DNA of 64,000 nt from Octopus sinensis. Taxonomy: Eukaryota. A program made the translations under genes and the position numbers. The first letter of the stretch is position 1, and each line of letters begins with the position of its first letter. The stretch is from assembly GCF_006345805.1 (NCBI RefSeq), contig NC_042999.1, positions 24,552,001-24,616,000 of the forward strand, written 5' to 3'. The notes under the pieces were generated by a model that searched no databases, was not told the origin of the DNA, and was given only the letters and a program-made list of their open reading frames with translations. Of this stretch, positions 10,770 through 23,582 are shown piece by piece.

Positions 10770-13700
10770 ATATATCATCATCATCATCATCATCATCGTT
10801 TAACGTCCGCTTTCCATGCTAGCATGGGTTGGACGGTTCAACTGGGGTCTGGGAAGCCCGAAGGCTGCACCAGGCCAGTCAGATGTGGCAGTGTTTCTAC
10901 AGCTGGATGCCCTTCCTAACGCCAACCACTCCGAGAGTGTAGTGGGTGATTTTATGTGCCACCGACACAGGTGCCAGACGAGGCTGGCAGACGGCCACGC
11001 TCGGATGGTGTTTTTTATGTGCCACCGACACAGGTGCCAGACGAGGCTGGCAGACGGCCACGCTCGGATGGTGTTTTTTTATGTGCCACCGACACAGGTG
11101 CCAGACGAGGCTGGCAGACGGCCACGCTCGGATGGTGTTTTTTATTATGTGCCACCGACACAGGTGCCAGACGAGGCTGGCAGACGGCCACGCTCGGATG
11201 GTGTTTTCTTATGTGTCACCGACACAGGTGCTAGACGAGGCTGGCGGACGGCCACGCTCGGAGGTGTTTTTGTTACGTGCCCTCAGCACGGAGGCCAGTC
11301 ATTGCGGTACTGGCTACGGTCACGTTCGGATGGTTTTCTTATGTGCCACCGGCACTGGTACCACAAGGATACAAATTCCATTGATGTTCATCTATTTTGA
11401 TTTGGTTCGATTTGATTTGATACGATTCGATTCGATTCTCACTTGCCTCAACAGGTCTTCACAAGTGTCACAAGAAGGAAGGTATGCACAGGTGGACTGA
11501 CTACGTCCCAGGTAGGGGCCACGGATTATGGCTTCACTAGTCTTGCCGGGTCTTCTCACGCACAGCATACTTCCATAGGTCTCGGTCTCTAGTCATTTCC
11601 ATGGTGAGACCTAACGTCCGAAGGTCGTGCTTCACCACCTCGTCCCAGGTTTTCCTGGGTCTACCTCTTCCACGGGTTCCCTCAACTGCTAGGGATTGGC
11701 ACTTTCTCACACACCTCTCTTCATCCATTCTCGCCACATGACCATACCAGCGCAATCGTCTCTCTTGCACACAACAACTGATGCTTCTTAGGTACAACAT
11801 TTCTCTCAAGGTACTAACGCTCTGTCGAGTAAGTACACTGACATTACACATCCATCGGAGCATACTGGCTTCGTTCCTCACGAGCTTACGCATGTCCTCA
11901 GCAGTCACGGCCCATGTTTCACTGCCATGTAGCATAGCTGTTCGTACACATGCATCATACAGTCTGCCTTTTACTCTGAGCGAGAGGCCTTTAGTCACCA
12001 GCAGAGGTAAGAGCTCCCTAAACTTTGCCCAGGCTATTCTTATTCTAGCAGTTACACTTTCAGCGCACCCACCCCCACTACTGACTTGGTCACCTAGATA
12101 GCGGAAACTATCAACTACTTCTAGTTTTTTCCCCGGAAAGTGACAGAAGTTGTTTTCTGCAGATTTTCGGAGGTCAGTGCTCCAGAGCACCTGCCACATA
12201 CAAAAACTATCTTCCCAGTTAGCCTACCTTTGACATTGCTGCACCTCTTATGTGTCCATAGCTTACACTGGGTACATCTTATAGAGTTTCTACCTACACC
12301 TTTTCTACAGATCGAACAGGGCCATCTTCCTGATGATATTTGTGGGTTTTCTACCTTTCTACTTATTAGTACTTTGGTTTTAGCTAGGTTGACTCTAAGG
12401 CCCCTCGATTCTAAACCCTCCTTCCACACCTGGAACTTCTCCTCCAGTTCTGATAGTGACTCAGCGATTAGAGCGAGGTCGTCAGCATAGAGGAGCTCCC
12501 AGGGGCAACCGGTCTTGAATTCCTCCGTTATTGCCTGGAGGACTATGATAAATAGGAGGGGGCTGAGTACTGAACCCTGGTGGACCCCAACCTCTACTTT
12601 GAATTCTTCTGTGTACATGTTGCCAACTCTAACCTTACTTACGGCATCTCTGTACATGGCTTGCACAGCCCTCACCAGCCATTCATCTATCCCTAGTTTC
12701 CTCATTGACCACCAGATGAGGGATCGGGGGACCCTATCAAAGGCTTTCTCCATGTCAACAAAAGCCAGGTACAGGGGCTTATCCTTGGCTAGGTATTTCT
12801 CCTGCAGCTGCCTTACCAGGAATATAGCATCAGTGGTGCTTTTCCCTGGGACAAACCCAAACTGCATCTCATCTAAACTAACTCTCTCTCTAATTAGTTG
12901 GGCTAAGACCCTCTCCGTAACCTTCATTACCTGATCCAACAGCTTGATACCTCTGTAATTATTTGTATCCAGGGCATCACCTTTACCTTTGTAGCAGTTG
13001 ACTAGTATGCTGCTACACCAGTCATTGGGTATGACTCCTTCGTGTATCACCTGGTTGACTATACGGGTGACTAGGTTATAGCCGACACTGCCAGATATTT
13101 TGAGCATCTCTGCAGTAATTCCTGATGGGCCTGGGGCTTTCCCTGTCTTCATGCTCCTAACTGCCTTAGCTACTACGGAACTATCAACTCGGATAGCTGG
13201 TCCCTCTGTTGGGTCAACATTTGGCAGACTCTCTTTATCCCATTCATTTTCTTTATTCAGCAAACTTTCATAGTGGCATCTCCAAACCTCTCTCTTTGCA
13301 TCCTCATTTAGCGCAAGTGAACCATCATCCATGCGAACACACTTCTCTCCTACCACATCACGATTCTCTCTCACACACACTGTCTTGCAACACGAAATAC
13401 CTCAAGTCTTTCATCCTCACGGCTCAGAACATTGGCAAATTTTTTCTTATCCGCTTCCCCTCTGGCTATATAAACCTGTCTCCTAGCTTCCCTTTTGGCT
13501 GTCTGATACAATTCCCTGCTACCACCGTTCTTCCAGTCCTTCCAAGCCTGTCTCTTTTGTCTAATAGCCCGTCAACCACCGTGTTCCACCACCATGTTAC
13601 TCTGGGTCGAGATGGTACTTTGCTCCATCCACAGATCTGGTCAGTGGCTGTCAGCAGATTGTCCCGTAGGAATCTCCAGTTGTCTTCCACATTAAGTGAA

Positions 13701-15162
13701 GCTATATCCCCTTCTATTTCGTCAGAGGCTTCGAGTAGTATGTCTCTAAATCTCTGTGCATTTGCAGGATCTTTAAGCTTCCAGACCCTTCTCCTCCAAG
13801 CTGGTCTTCTTCTGGCGACCATTTAGCTCTGATCCTGAAGTCGCTAACTACTAATCTATGTTGGGGAGTACATTCTTCGCCTGGGAAGGTTTTGGCATTT
13901 ATAATCAGCCCTCTTTCCCTTTTTCTGGCAAGGATGTAGTCAATCTGGCTGGTGTGTCTGCCAGAACGGTAGGTGACTAGGTGAGAGGTGGGTTTCCTGA
14001 AGTGGGTATTGCAGACCATAAGGTCATTTGCATCGCAGAACTCCAGCAGCCTGGTTCCCTCCTCATTTCGAGAGCCAAAACCGTGGCCTCCATGGATGCC
14101 ATGGAAGCCCCTGACATGTCGTCCAACATGTCCATTGAAATCACCTGCCACGAAGAGAAGGTCACTGTCATTTGTCAATGAGGTAGTCCGCAATAGGGTG
14201 TCATAGAATTGGTCTTTTTGTCCTTCCGTAGCCCTGGTTGAGGGGCATATGCCGAGATGATGGTAGCTGTCCTATGGTGAAGAACTAATCTAATTTTAAT
14301 TACTCTGTCACTTATTCTGACTACCTCGATTACCTTACCTATCCATTTCTCCGCGAGAAGTATACCCACGCCCCCGACACCGTCAATGTTCCCTGCCCAG
14401 AAAATCTTGTACCTGTGTTCCTTGCCCGTGAGGAGCCTAGCAGAACCTCCTCTCCACCTTACTTCCTGGATACAGCATACATCCACACGTCTCCGTTCAA
14501 GCAGCTCTACAATCTCTCCAGACCTACCTTTCAATGTGCCAACGTTGAGCGTGCCAACTCTGAGGGTTTGGGAGGTGTGGGCATCAGAGACCCTGGGACG
14601 AGGGACAGCAGTGTCATGTACCTGAAAAGAAAGCTTGCATTTGGCAGATTTCATATGGAAACTCTAGACTACAACCTGCATACTTTTCACAATTTTTGCG
14701 CTATATGTTCAGATAAACCCTACATAGGTGCTAGTGGGGGAGGGGGTAGTTTCCGGTATTAGGGTAGAAACTTCCGGTATTGGTGGTGGGGGTGGGAGGG
14801 CGGGCGACAAAATCGAAGCAACTAGTTTGAATACTATATTTGAGGGGGAAAAATAATTAATTAGATAAATGACTGAATGAAAGCCAGAGAGAGAATGAAA
14901 ATAGATAAATAATAAAAAATACGGTAGAGAATGGAAATAGATAAATAATGAAAAAAAAAAATACGGTAGAGAATGAGAATAGATAAATAATGAAAAAAAA
15001 TACGGTAAGAGACGAGGGAGCATATTTCGGAGGAGAATGGATAAACATCGAAGATGGCCCTGAAGGAAAATAAACTTTAAAAATGCAATGCGTGAAGTCG
15101 CCATGTTTAGAGAATAGGGGAACGAAGGGAGAACAGATCAAGCTATCCAAACAAAACGCTTA

Positions 15163-15165
<3 letters not shown>
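10770..15165 (-). mobile_element. Full-length RTE-clade LINE (5'UTR, APE endonuclease, RT, PHD-like finger, repeat-containing 3'UTR, (GAT)n tail)
   Basis: Minus ORFs 14175..14654, 13714..14193, 13466..13822, 12121..13380 and 11537..12199 carry APE motifs (TLNVGT, CIQEVRW, GDFNGHVG, SQIDYIL) and RT motifs (QFGF, KAFDRV, HQGSVLSP, YADD). The 3'UTR runs to a (GAT)n tail at about 10775; (TA)n flanks both ends. Confidence 0.93.
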
Positions 15166-15221
<56 letters not shown>

Positions 15222-15744
15222 CCCCACTCCTATAATATTGGGAATAAAATGTGTTTACCTTGCATAACTGAATTTATGAAACTACTACAGTATAGAGATA
15301 AATTACTAAACACACATGACGAACAAGGAGTAAAATGTAGGCACCAAAGTCATTTTACATTTAGTAAAAGGAAGTATTGATCCCCCAACCCCTGAATAAA
15401 ATAGCAACATCATTTTATTTCTAAAGCACTTGAACAGACTATATAAATAAATAAAAAAATAACTAAATAATGCAATAATTTAATTAAAATAAATATATGA
15501 ATTAAATATTACTAAAATTATATAACAAATTAGATATACCTCCCAATATAGGTAAATTTTAAAGTAATAATAGAGGATAATTTAAAATTAAAACTATGTA
15601 TAGTGTAATTACCCCCCCCCCCCGGTTCTAATCACCTATAAATACCCATAGTTCCCTGCTATCTTCTGCCTCAAACCACTAATTTTAGTACCAGCAAAAA
15701 AAAAGAAGATATGTATTTGAATTTTTCTTGTTATATACTCTTTT

Positions 15745-16155
15745 ACTTGTTTCAGTCATTTGACTGCGGCCATGCTGGAGCACTGCCTTTAGTCGAGCAA
15801 ATCAACCCCGGGACTTATTCTTTGTAAGCCCAGTACTTATTCTATCGGTCTATTTTGTCGAACCGCTAAGTGACGGGGACGTAAACACACCAGCATTGGT
15901 TGTCAAGCAATGCTAGGGAGACAAACTCAGACACAAACACAGACACACACATACATACATACATACATATATATATATATACATATATACGACAGGCTTC
16001 TTTCAGTTTCCGTCTGCCAAATCCACTCACAAGGCATTGGTCGGCCTGGGGCTATAGTAGAAGACACTTGCCCAAAATGCCACGTAGTGGGACTGAACCC
16101 GGAACCATGTGGTTGGTTAGCAAGCTACTTACCACACAGCCATTCCTGCGCCTAT
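15745..16155 (-). mobile_element. tRNA-derived SINE family A
   Basis: Head aggcgcaggagtggctgtgtgg with B-box-like ggttcagtccc, (CA)/(TA) middle, tail ...ccagcatggccgcagtcaaatgactgaaacaagtaaaagag. Confidence 0.85.
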
Positions 16156-16730
16156 ATATATCACATTTAAACACAGACATTTTTATTCTGATGTTTAATC
16201 TTATATCTCACATTCTGTATTTGACATATACTTGATTTTACATGATTGATATATATATATACTAATTCATATTTATAATGTATAATTTATAAATTTTTAT
16301 TCTTAATATTACAAAGTATAATTTTATTCTTAATTTTTAATTTTTAATTCGTAATTTTTAATCTTTATGCTTAATCGTATTGCTTATTTTAAAGGAATGA
16401 AAAATTAGATATATAATATTTTGAAATAGAACCTGAAGATGTGTTGGAATAATTGTAAATCTGACAATTGCATATATGTATTTATGTATGTGTGTATATA
16501 GGTATACAGTTGTGTATATGTATATATATATTGTAATCTCCCAATATTGAAACATGTGAAGTTCCTTCATATTTAATAGATATAAGTATTAACTAAAGTA
16601 GGATATAATTAATCAAGTACATTATATACCCAGCTGGAAATTTTGGTTATATCCTTTAAGTATTACTGATACCATGAGTTTACTGTAAGATATACTCATT
16701 AGGTTATTTTTGTATTATCTGGAATAGAAT

Positions 16731-17350
16731 ATCATCATCATCATCATCATCATTTAGCGTCCGTTTTCCATGCTAGCATGGGTTGGACGGTTCAACTGGG
16801 GTCTGGGGAGCCTGAAGGCTGCACCAGGCCAGTCAGATCTGGCAGTGTTTCTACAGCTGGATGCCCTTCCTAACGCCAACCACTCCGAGAGTGTAGTGGG
16901 TGATTTTATGTGCCACCGACACAGGTGCCAGACGAGGCTGGCGAACGGCCACGCTCGGATGGTGTTTTTATATGCCACCGACACAGGTGCCAGACGAGGC
17001 TGGCAGACGGCCACGCTCGGATGGTGTTTTTATGTGCCACCGACACAGGTGCCAGATGAGGCTGGCGGACGGCCACGATCGGATGGTGTTTGTTACGTCC
17101 CCAAAGCACGGAGGCCAGTCTATGCGGTACTGGCTACGGCCACGTTCGGATGATTTTCTTGTGTGCCACCAGCACTGGTACCACAAAGATACAAATTCCA
17201 TTGATGTTCATCTATTTTGATTTGTTTTGATTTTCACTTGCCTCAACAGGTCTTCACAAGTGTCACAAGAAGGAAGGTATGCACAGGTGGACTGACTACG
17301 TCCCAGGTAGGGGCCACGGGTTATGGCCTGACTAGTCTTGCCGGGTCTTC
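16731..17350 (-). mobile_element. RTE LINE 3' fragment (ORF end, 3'UTR repeats, (GAT)n tail)
   Basis: Near-identical to 10775..11550, including the TAG stop context gactagtcttgccgggtctt. Confidence 0.9.
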
Positions 17351-17659
17351 GGATGAAAAGTTAATTTTCAATTTTGGAGGATTAATCGATATACAGATAT
17401 GCTATTTCAGATAATACAAAAATAACCTAATGAGTATATCTTACAGTAAACTCATGGTATCAGTAATACTTAAAGGATATAACCAAAATTTCCAGCTGGG
17501 TATATAATGTACTTGATTAATTATATGGTGCTCTTTGCACCCTGCCAGCATGGATGCCAGTCATCGAATTTGATTTTGCTTTTGCTTTTGATTGATTAAT
17601 TTGATTTGATTTGATTTCACTTGCCTCAATAGGTCGTATATATATATATATATACATAG

Positions 17660-20349
17660 CTTGCTGAGTGCCACAGGCCGAGTCTGTGGATGGTGCAAAG
17701 TCCCTTCCAGACCTAGAGTTACGTGGTGGTGGAATAGTGCAGTAGACAAAGCCATTGGTGCAAAGAGATGGGCCTGGAAAGCCTGGAGGGATAGGTGTAG
17801 CAGGGAACTGTACCAGGTAGCCAAAAGGGAGGCTGGGCGGCAGGTATACATAGCCAAAGATGTAGCAGAAAAGAAGAAGTTTGCCAATGTCCAGCGACGT
17901 GAGGACCAAAGAGCTGAGGTATTTCGGATTGCCAGACAGTGTGTGAGAGAAAATAGTGATGTTACAGGAGAGAAATGTGTCCGCATGGATGATGGGGCAC
18001 TTGCTTTTACTGTTGGTGAAAAGAAAGAGGCTTGGAGAAGCCATTATGAAAGACTGCTGAATGAGGAGAATGAATGGGAGGAGGAGAGCCTGCCAAATGT
18101 TGACCCAGTAGAGGGACCAGCTACCCGAATAGACAGCTCCCTTGTAGTTAAGGCAATTAAGGATATGAAACCAGGTAAAGCCCCCGGCCCATCAGGAATC
18201 ACTGCTGAGATGCTTAAAACAGCTGGCTATGTAGGCCCGCATTGTAAACCAGGTAGTTCATAATGGAGTCATACCCAATGACTGGCATAGCAGCACCATA
18301 GTCAACTGCTACAAGGGTAAGGGTGATGCTCTAGATAGAAATAACTACAGGGGTATTAAACTGTTGGATCAGGTGATGAAGGTCACAGAGAGGGTCATAA
18401 CCCATCTCATTAGGGAGAGAATTTGCTTAGATGAGATGCAGTTCGGTTTTGTGCTGGGTAGAAGCACCACTGGTGCTATATTCCTGGTCCGACAACTGCA
18501 GGAGAAGTACCTAGCTAAAGATAAACCCCTCTACATAGCTTTTGTGGACTTGGAGAAAGCCTTTGACAGGGTTCCCCATTCCCTTATCTGGTCGATGCGG
18601 AAACTGGAGATTGACGAATGGCTAATAAGGGCTGTACAGGCTCTATACAGAGAGGCTGTCAGCAAGGTTAGGATTGGCAACGAATATAGTGAAGAATTCC
18701 GGGTAGAAGTAGGTGTATACCAAGGCTCAGCCCTCAGTCCCCTTTTATTCATCATAGTCCTCCAGGCAATAGCAGAGGAATTCAAAACAGGATGCCCCTG
18801 GGAGCTCCTCTATGCTGATGACCTGGCTCTCATAGCAGAATCACTACCGGAACTAGAAAAGAAATTTCGGGTGTGGAAGCAAGGGTTAGAATCAAAGGGC
18901 CTTAGAGTAAATGTAGCAAAGACCAAAGTTATAGTAAGCAGAAAGGCGAACTCAGCACACACACCCTCGGGCAGGTGGCCCTGCTCGATCTGTAGGAAAG
19001 GTGTAGGTAGAAACTCCATAAGATGCACCCAATGTAAGCTATGGACGCATAAGAGGTGCAGCAACATTAAAGGGAAATTAACTGATAAGATAGCTTTCAT
19101 GTGCGGCAGATGCACAGGGACAATAGACACCACAGACAATCAGAAAACAGATTCCATCACACTCCAGGGGGAGAAACTAGAAGTAGTTGATAGTTTCCGC
19201 TACCTGGGTGACCAAGTTAGTAATGGAGGTGGATGCTCAGAGAGTATCACCACTAGAATACGAATAGCCTGGGCAAAGTTCAGAAAGCTCCTACCCCTAT
19301 TGGCGACAAAGGGTCTCTCACTCAAAGTGAAAGGTAGATTGTATGATGCATGTGTGTGAACTGCCATGCTTCACGGTAGTGAAACATGGGCTGTGACTGC
19401 AGAGGACATGCGTAGACTTGAAAGAAATGAAGCTAGCATGATCCGCTGGATGTGTAATGTCAGTGTGCATGCATGACAGAGTGTAAGCACCCTGAGAAAA
19501 ATGCTGGATATAAGAAGCATCAGATGTGGTGTGCAAGAGCGACGCTTGCGATGGTATGGTCATGTACTGCGGATGGATGAGGAGAGATGTGTGAAGAAGT
19601 GCCACTCCCAAACAGTTGAAGGTATCAGGGGGAGAGGTAGACCCAGGAAGACATGGGATGAGGTAGTCAAGCATGACCTCAGAGGGTTGGGCCTCACTGA
19701 GGCAATGGCGAAGGACCAAGATCTCTGGAGATATGCTGTGACTGCAAACACCCGGGCTGCTTCCTGCACCAGTTCCGCATAGCCCCTTGAATCCCAGAAC
19801 GTCCCGCTGTGCTTGAGGTGACCTGTTGAGTCAAGTACATGAACATGAACATGAACATCGAAATAAATATCAATGGAAATAGTAGTTGTGATACCTGTGC
19901 TGGTGGCACATAAAAAGCACCATCCGAACATGGCCGATGCCAGCGCCGCCCCAACTGGCTTCTGTGCCAGTGGCACATAAAAAGCACCATCTGAACGTGG
20001 CCGATGCCAGCGCCGCCCTGACTGGCTTCTGTGCCAGTGGCACATAAAAAGCACCATCCGGACGTGGCCGTTGCCAGTGCCACCTTGGCTGGCTTCCTTG
20101 CCACTGGCACATTAAAAAGCTCCAACCGATCGTGGCCGATGCCGGACCCACCCCCCTGGCACCTGTGCAGGTGGCACGTAAAAAGCACCCACTACACTCA
20201 TGAAGTCGTTGGCGTTAGGAAGGGCATCCAGCCATAGAAACTCTGCCAGATCAGACTGGAGCCTGGAGCAGCCCCTGGCTTCCCAGACCCCGGTCAAACC
20301 GTCCAACCCATGCTAGCGCGGAAAACGGACGTTAAACGATGATGATGAT
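17660..20349 (+). mobile_element. 5'-truncated RTE-clade LINE of a related subfamily, with stop codons
   Basis: ORFs 17661..18263, 18364..19359 and 19501..19782 closely match the 10.8-15.2 kb element (YADD, PHD-like finger). The 3'UTR repeat array is a different variant and ends in (GAT)n at about 20340. Confidence 0.92.
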
Positions 20350-21159
20350 ATATATATATATATATATATATATCTTGTTTATAAACCATACAAGTGAAAG
20401 AATAGAAGAAATGACGTTAAAAATGTACAAAAATATATTAGTATTAATTTGAGTTATATTTACATTAGATTTTCAAAAGTGCATAAGTATATGGAGCTGT
20501 TGCAAATTCTATCTATTCTGGTTGCTGTTATAAAGATAGTATGTTTTTAATGTATGGAAGTGGCTCAGAATGCTATCCATTAATCTGCAAATTGATTGGT
20601 CAATGTTCGTGTATTACACTCATGTCAACATTACATGAAAAAGTCACATAAAAGTTTTTCTCCATTGAATATGCCATATGACAGTTATAAAAGAGAGAAT
20701 TGAATAAGTGATATAGTAATTGTTTACCTAAAAGTGTTAGAGATAATTATTGATTATTATTCTGTCAGAGACTAATGTTAACAAGTTCACTCCTGTTGAA
20801 CATGTTAAAATATATCGCTTCTTTATTAACAAGGTGTGGGGTAAACAAGATAATGAAGTGGGGAGTAAATAAGATAGATGATAGCTGCTTCATAAATTCT
20901 GGTTTTCTTAAGTAGAGTGCAAATAGACATTCTACAATAATTTCTTCATAGGAAAGGGCAAAACACATATAACTGATGTTTTTTTATAGCCTCTTCAGTA
21001 GTAGCTTGGATTTTTTAATAAAAAAACTTTTGTTATAAATTCTTGTTTGGTTTGGGATATTGTCTGCACATTGATAGAGTGGGAGGACAAAAAATTTAAG
21101 AGATTTGGTTTTTGCGCATGTGTCCAGATTTTCAGTTAGTGAAATTAGTCTAGTTTTGG

Positions 21160-21207
21160 GATCATGTATTTATATATATATATATAGAGAGAGAGACATA
21201 TTTATAC

Positions 21208-21257
<50 letters not shown>
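21160..21257. repeat. (TA)n/(GA)n/(CATA)n microsatellite; similar arrays at 15163..15218, 21537..21632, 46978..47082
   Basis: Direct reading. Confidence 0.9.
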
Positions 21258-21261
<4 letters not shown>

Positions 21262-21269
21262 CAGTTTGG

Positions 21270-21530
21270 TCAGATTAAAAAACATTCCCTGGTGTTTGAT
21301 ATTTTATGCAAATATCCTCCTCAGAGTTTTTACAGGCATGTTACAACACAACAAGGTATACTGCAAAGAGAGTGGGTGCATCAAGGTCTCCTTGCTTTAC
21401 TCCATTTTCCATGGTAAAAGAATCAGAAAGCCTACCACCAAAATTAACTCTAGCTTTCATATCTTGATGCAAAGCCTTGATCATGTTTACAAATTTTTCT
21501 GGGCAACCTATTTTCCTTAGAATTAGCCAC
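21270..21530 (-). mobile_element. RTE/BovB-like RT fragment (different family)
   Basis: GCPEKFVNMIKALH...NGVKQG..APTLF in ORF 21341..21532. Confidence 0.75.
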
Positions 21531-21537
21531 ACATTAG

Positions 21538-21633
<96 letters not shown>

Positions 21634-21771
21634 AAAGTTAAGGAAGAGGAAAGCAAAAACCAAGGCAGGATATCTACTGACTCAGAAATAGGCTTATCAG
21701 TTGGAGCAATCATACTGCATACTTATTAGTTTAGATCATCAGTGGCCTAAACCCTTCCTATTCTGTATATA

Positions 21772-21808
<37 letters not shown>

Positions 21809-21849
21809 ACCCATCAAGTCAAGTGAAATCACAGTCGTGGCAGATACTA

Positions 21850-22260
21850 GTGGCATGCAAATGGCATCGTCATCATCATTGTTTGACCGTGGTCGAGACA
21901 ATGGAATTTACTATGCTACGCCAGACTTCACGGTCCATCATGGCATTATGGAGGTCCGGTTGTTGGATGCCTGTATCCCTGGAGATTACATCAGGGTAGG
22001 AGAGTATGCACCCTCTGGTATTGTGAGTAGATGGCTTCCAGAGGAGAAGAGGAGAAATTGCCTCGTTTTCAGCTCTACAACAATGTCCAGCAAACTGGAC
22101 TCTCCTACCTTTCACAAGAGATGACACAGGTGGTAGTTTCCCATATATTTGCATTTTGGTTGGATGATGTTTCCACGAGAGATTTTGAGCTCTCATAAGG
22201 AGGTGAGTGTAGGTTCCATCCAACCGCCTCTCAAGCTTCTTTGATGACGTTATCATGCAA
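21850..22260 (-). mobile_element. RTE-related LINE 3' fragment
   Basis: LDGTYTHLL...RRVQFAGHC.R...AMMDREVWR, followed by a (GAT)n-like tail. Confidence 0.7.
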
Positions 22261-22486
22261 ATGGCACCCATGCCAGTAACACGTAAAAGCACCCATTTTT
22301 AACTGAATCATTATTAAAGTTTTCTGTCCTTGTGGTAAACCAATTTATTCCATTTTTCGACTGATTATACTCACTATTTGGGGATCTAATCTTATATTTG
22401 TATGAATTCATTTTGTTCTTTAAATTTAAAGCTTTTGTATATTACACAAATCAATTTTTTCCTCCATATATGCATTTATTTTTTAG

Positions 22487-22537
22487 ATATCTCCCTGTAT
22501 GCACATCTCTAACTGAAATTTGCTTAGATTATAATGA
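22487..22537 (+). CDS. LRR gene coding exon 4 (YLPVCTSLTEICLDYN)
   Basis: ttttttag acceptor, gtaagt donor, 51 bp, phase 2/2, LTEICLDYN LRR core. Confidence 0.85.
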
Positions 22538-22694
22538 GTAAGTAATATTATTTCACATTTCAACAAGAATCACTTCAGTTCAAGATTTTTGTTAACATTG
22601 GATATTTTTTCGTCAGTGCTCAATACACAGTTTCAGAGAGTCTCATAAAGCACATTATATATATATATAAGAGACCAAGGTGTATGTTTACCGC

Positions 22695-22727
<33 letters not shown>

Positions 22728-23360
22728 CAAAATGAGACAAGAACATAAAACATCCAGACAGTTAGATGATACAAGGAAGGGTCAACAAAACATCCAGATA
22801 GACGATACAAGGAAAACAAGGACGGATCATTCAGAGCTTTCTTTCCTCAGTCGAGTTCCAAATTATCTTTGCAATTTTGGCTGGTTATACTTGAGATTGC
22901 TCCAATTTGGCCAGCCCTAAGGAAAAACTAAGCTAAGAGCATTAGATTCCTTGGAAGAAAGCAATGAATGTATATGAAAACAAGGACGGAAAAAACAGAG
23001 AAAGTTACGCAAATACAAATAACAGGACATAACAACAGGTGTCTTTCAACTATGGACGAATTAAATTAAGCTGGCTTGTGTGGAAGTAAAGCCTTAGAGC
23101 AGGGATACAAGATTTCACAGGCACAGGAAAGAATATAGATGTTGCATGGACAATGGCCGAACCATGAAAGAAAGGTCAGGCTTGGCCGAACACTGGTCAC
23201 ATGGGGAGAGAAGAGAGAGAGGTAGAGGCAAAGGGACAGAAGAAATAAGGAGGGGTGAGAAAAAATGACAGGGACACAGTGAAGTGAAAAGAGGAGGGAA
23301 AGTGAACACACATACATATATATAAACACACACATATACACATAAACATATGCATGAATA

Positions 23361-23582
23361 TGTATGAGTGGATGCAGAAAAGTTCCTGGCTTTGTACAAA
23401 AGAAAATACAGGAGGATCAGTTAATAATGATTTTATTCAGCATATTCCCCTTTCAGATTCACACCCTTATTGCAGTCGTCCTTCAGTTTTTCTAAGCCCT
23501 ATAAAAGAACTCAAAAGTTTGGCCTCCAATCAAGCCTTTTGTGATACCCTTAAAACCAGGAACTTTTTCAGTACCCCTTCAT
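23361..23582. mobile_element. mariner-type MITE
   Basis: Degenerate TIRs ...gcagaaaagttcctgg / ccaggaactttttcagtacccc... Confidence 0.55.

Noticed and set aside
10955-11345. Regularly spaced repeats resembling a CRISPR array
   Set aside because: The units are wholly repeated with no unique spacers, there are no cas genes, and the context is a eukaryotic LINE 3'UTR.
10816-11500. ORFs of 92-194 aa with repeated MCHRHRCQTRLADGHAR peptides (also 16770..17220, 19560..20188)
   Set aside because: Translations of the tandem RTE 3'UTR repeats; they are open in several frames and have no coding signature.
11781-13826. Plus-strand ORFs overlapping the RTE element, and plus-strand ORFs over 52.8-56.2 kb
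   Set aside because: Antisense shadows of GC-rich retroelement coding sequence.
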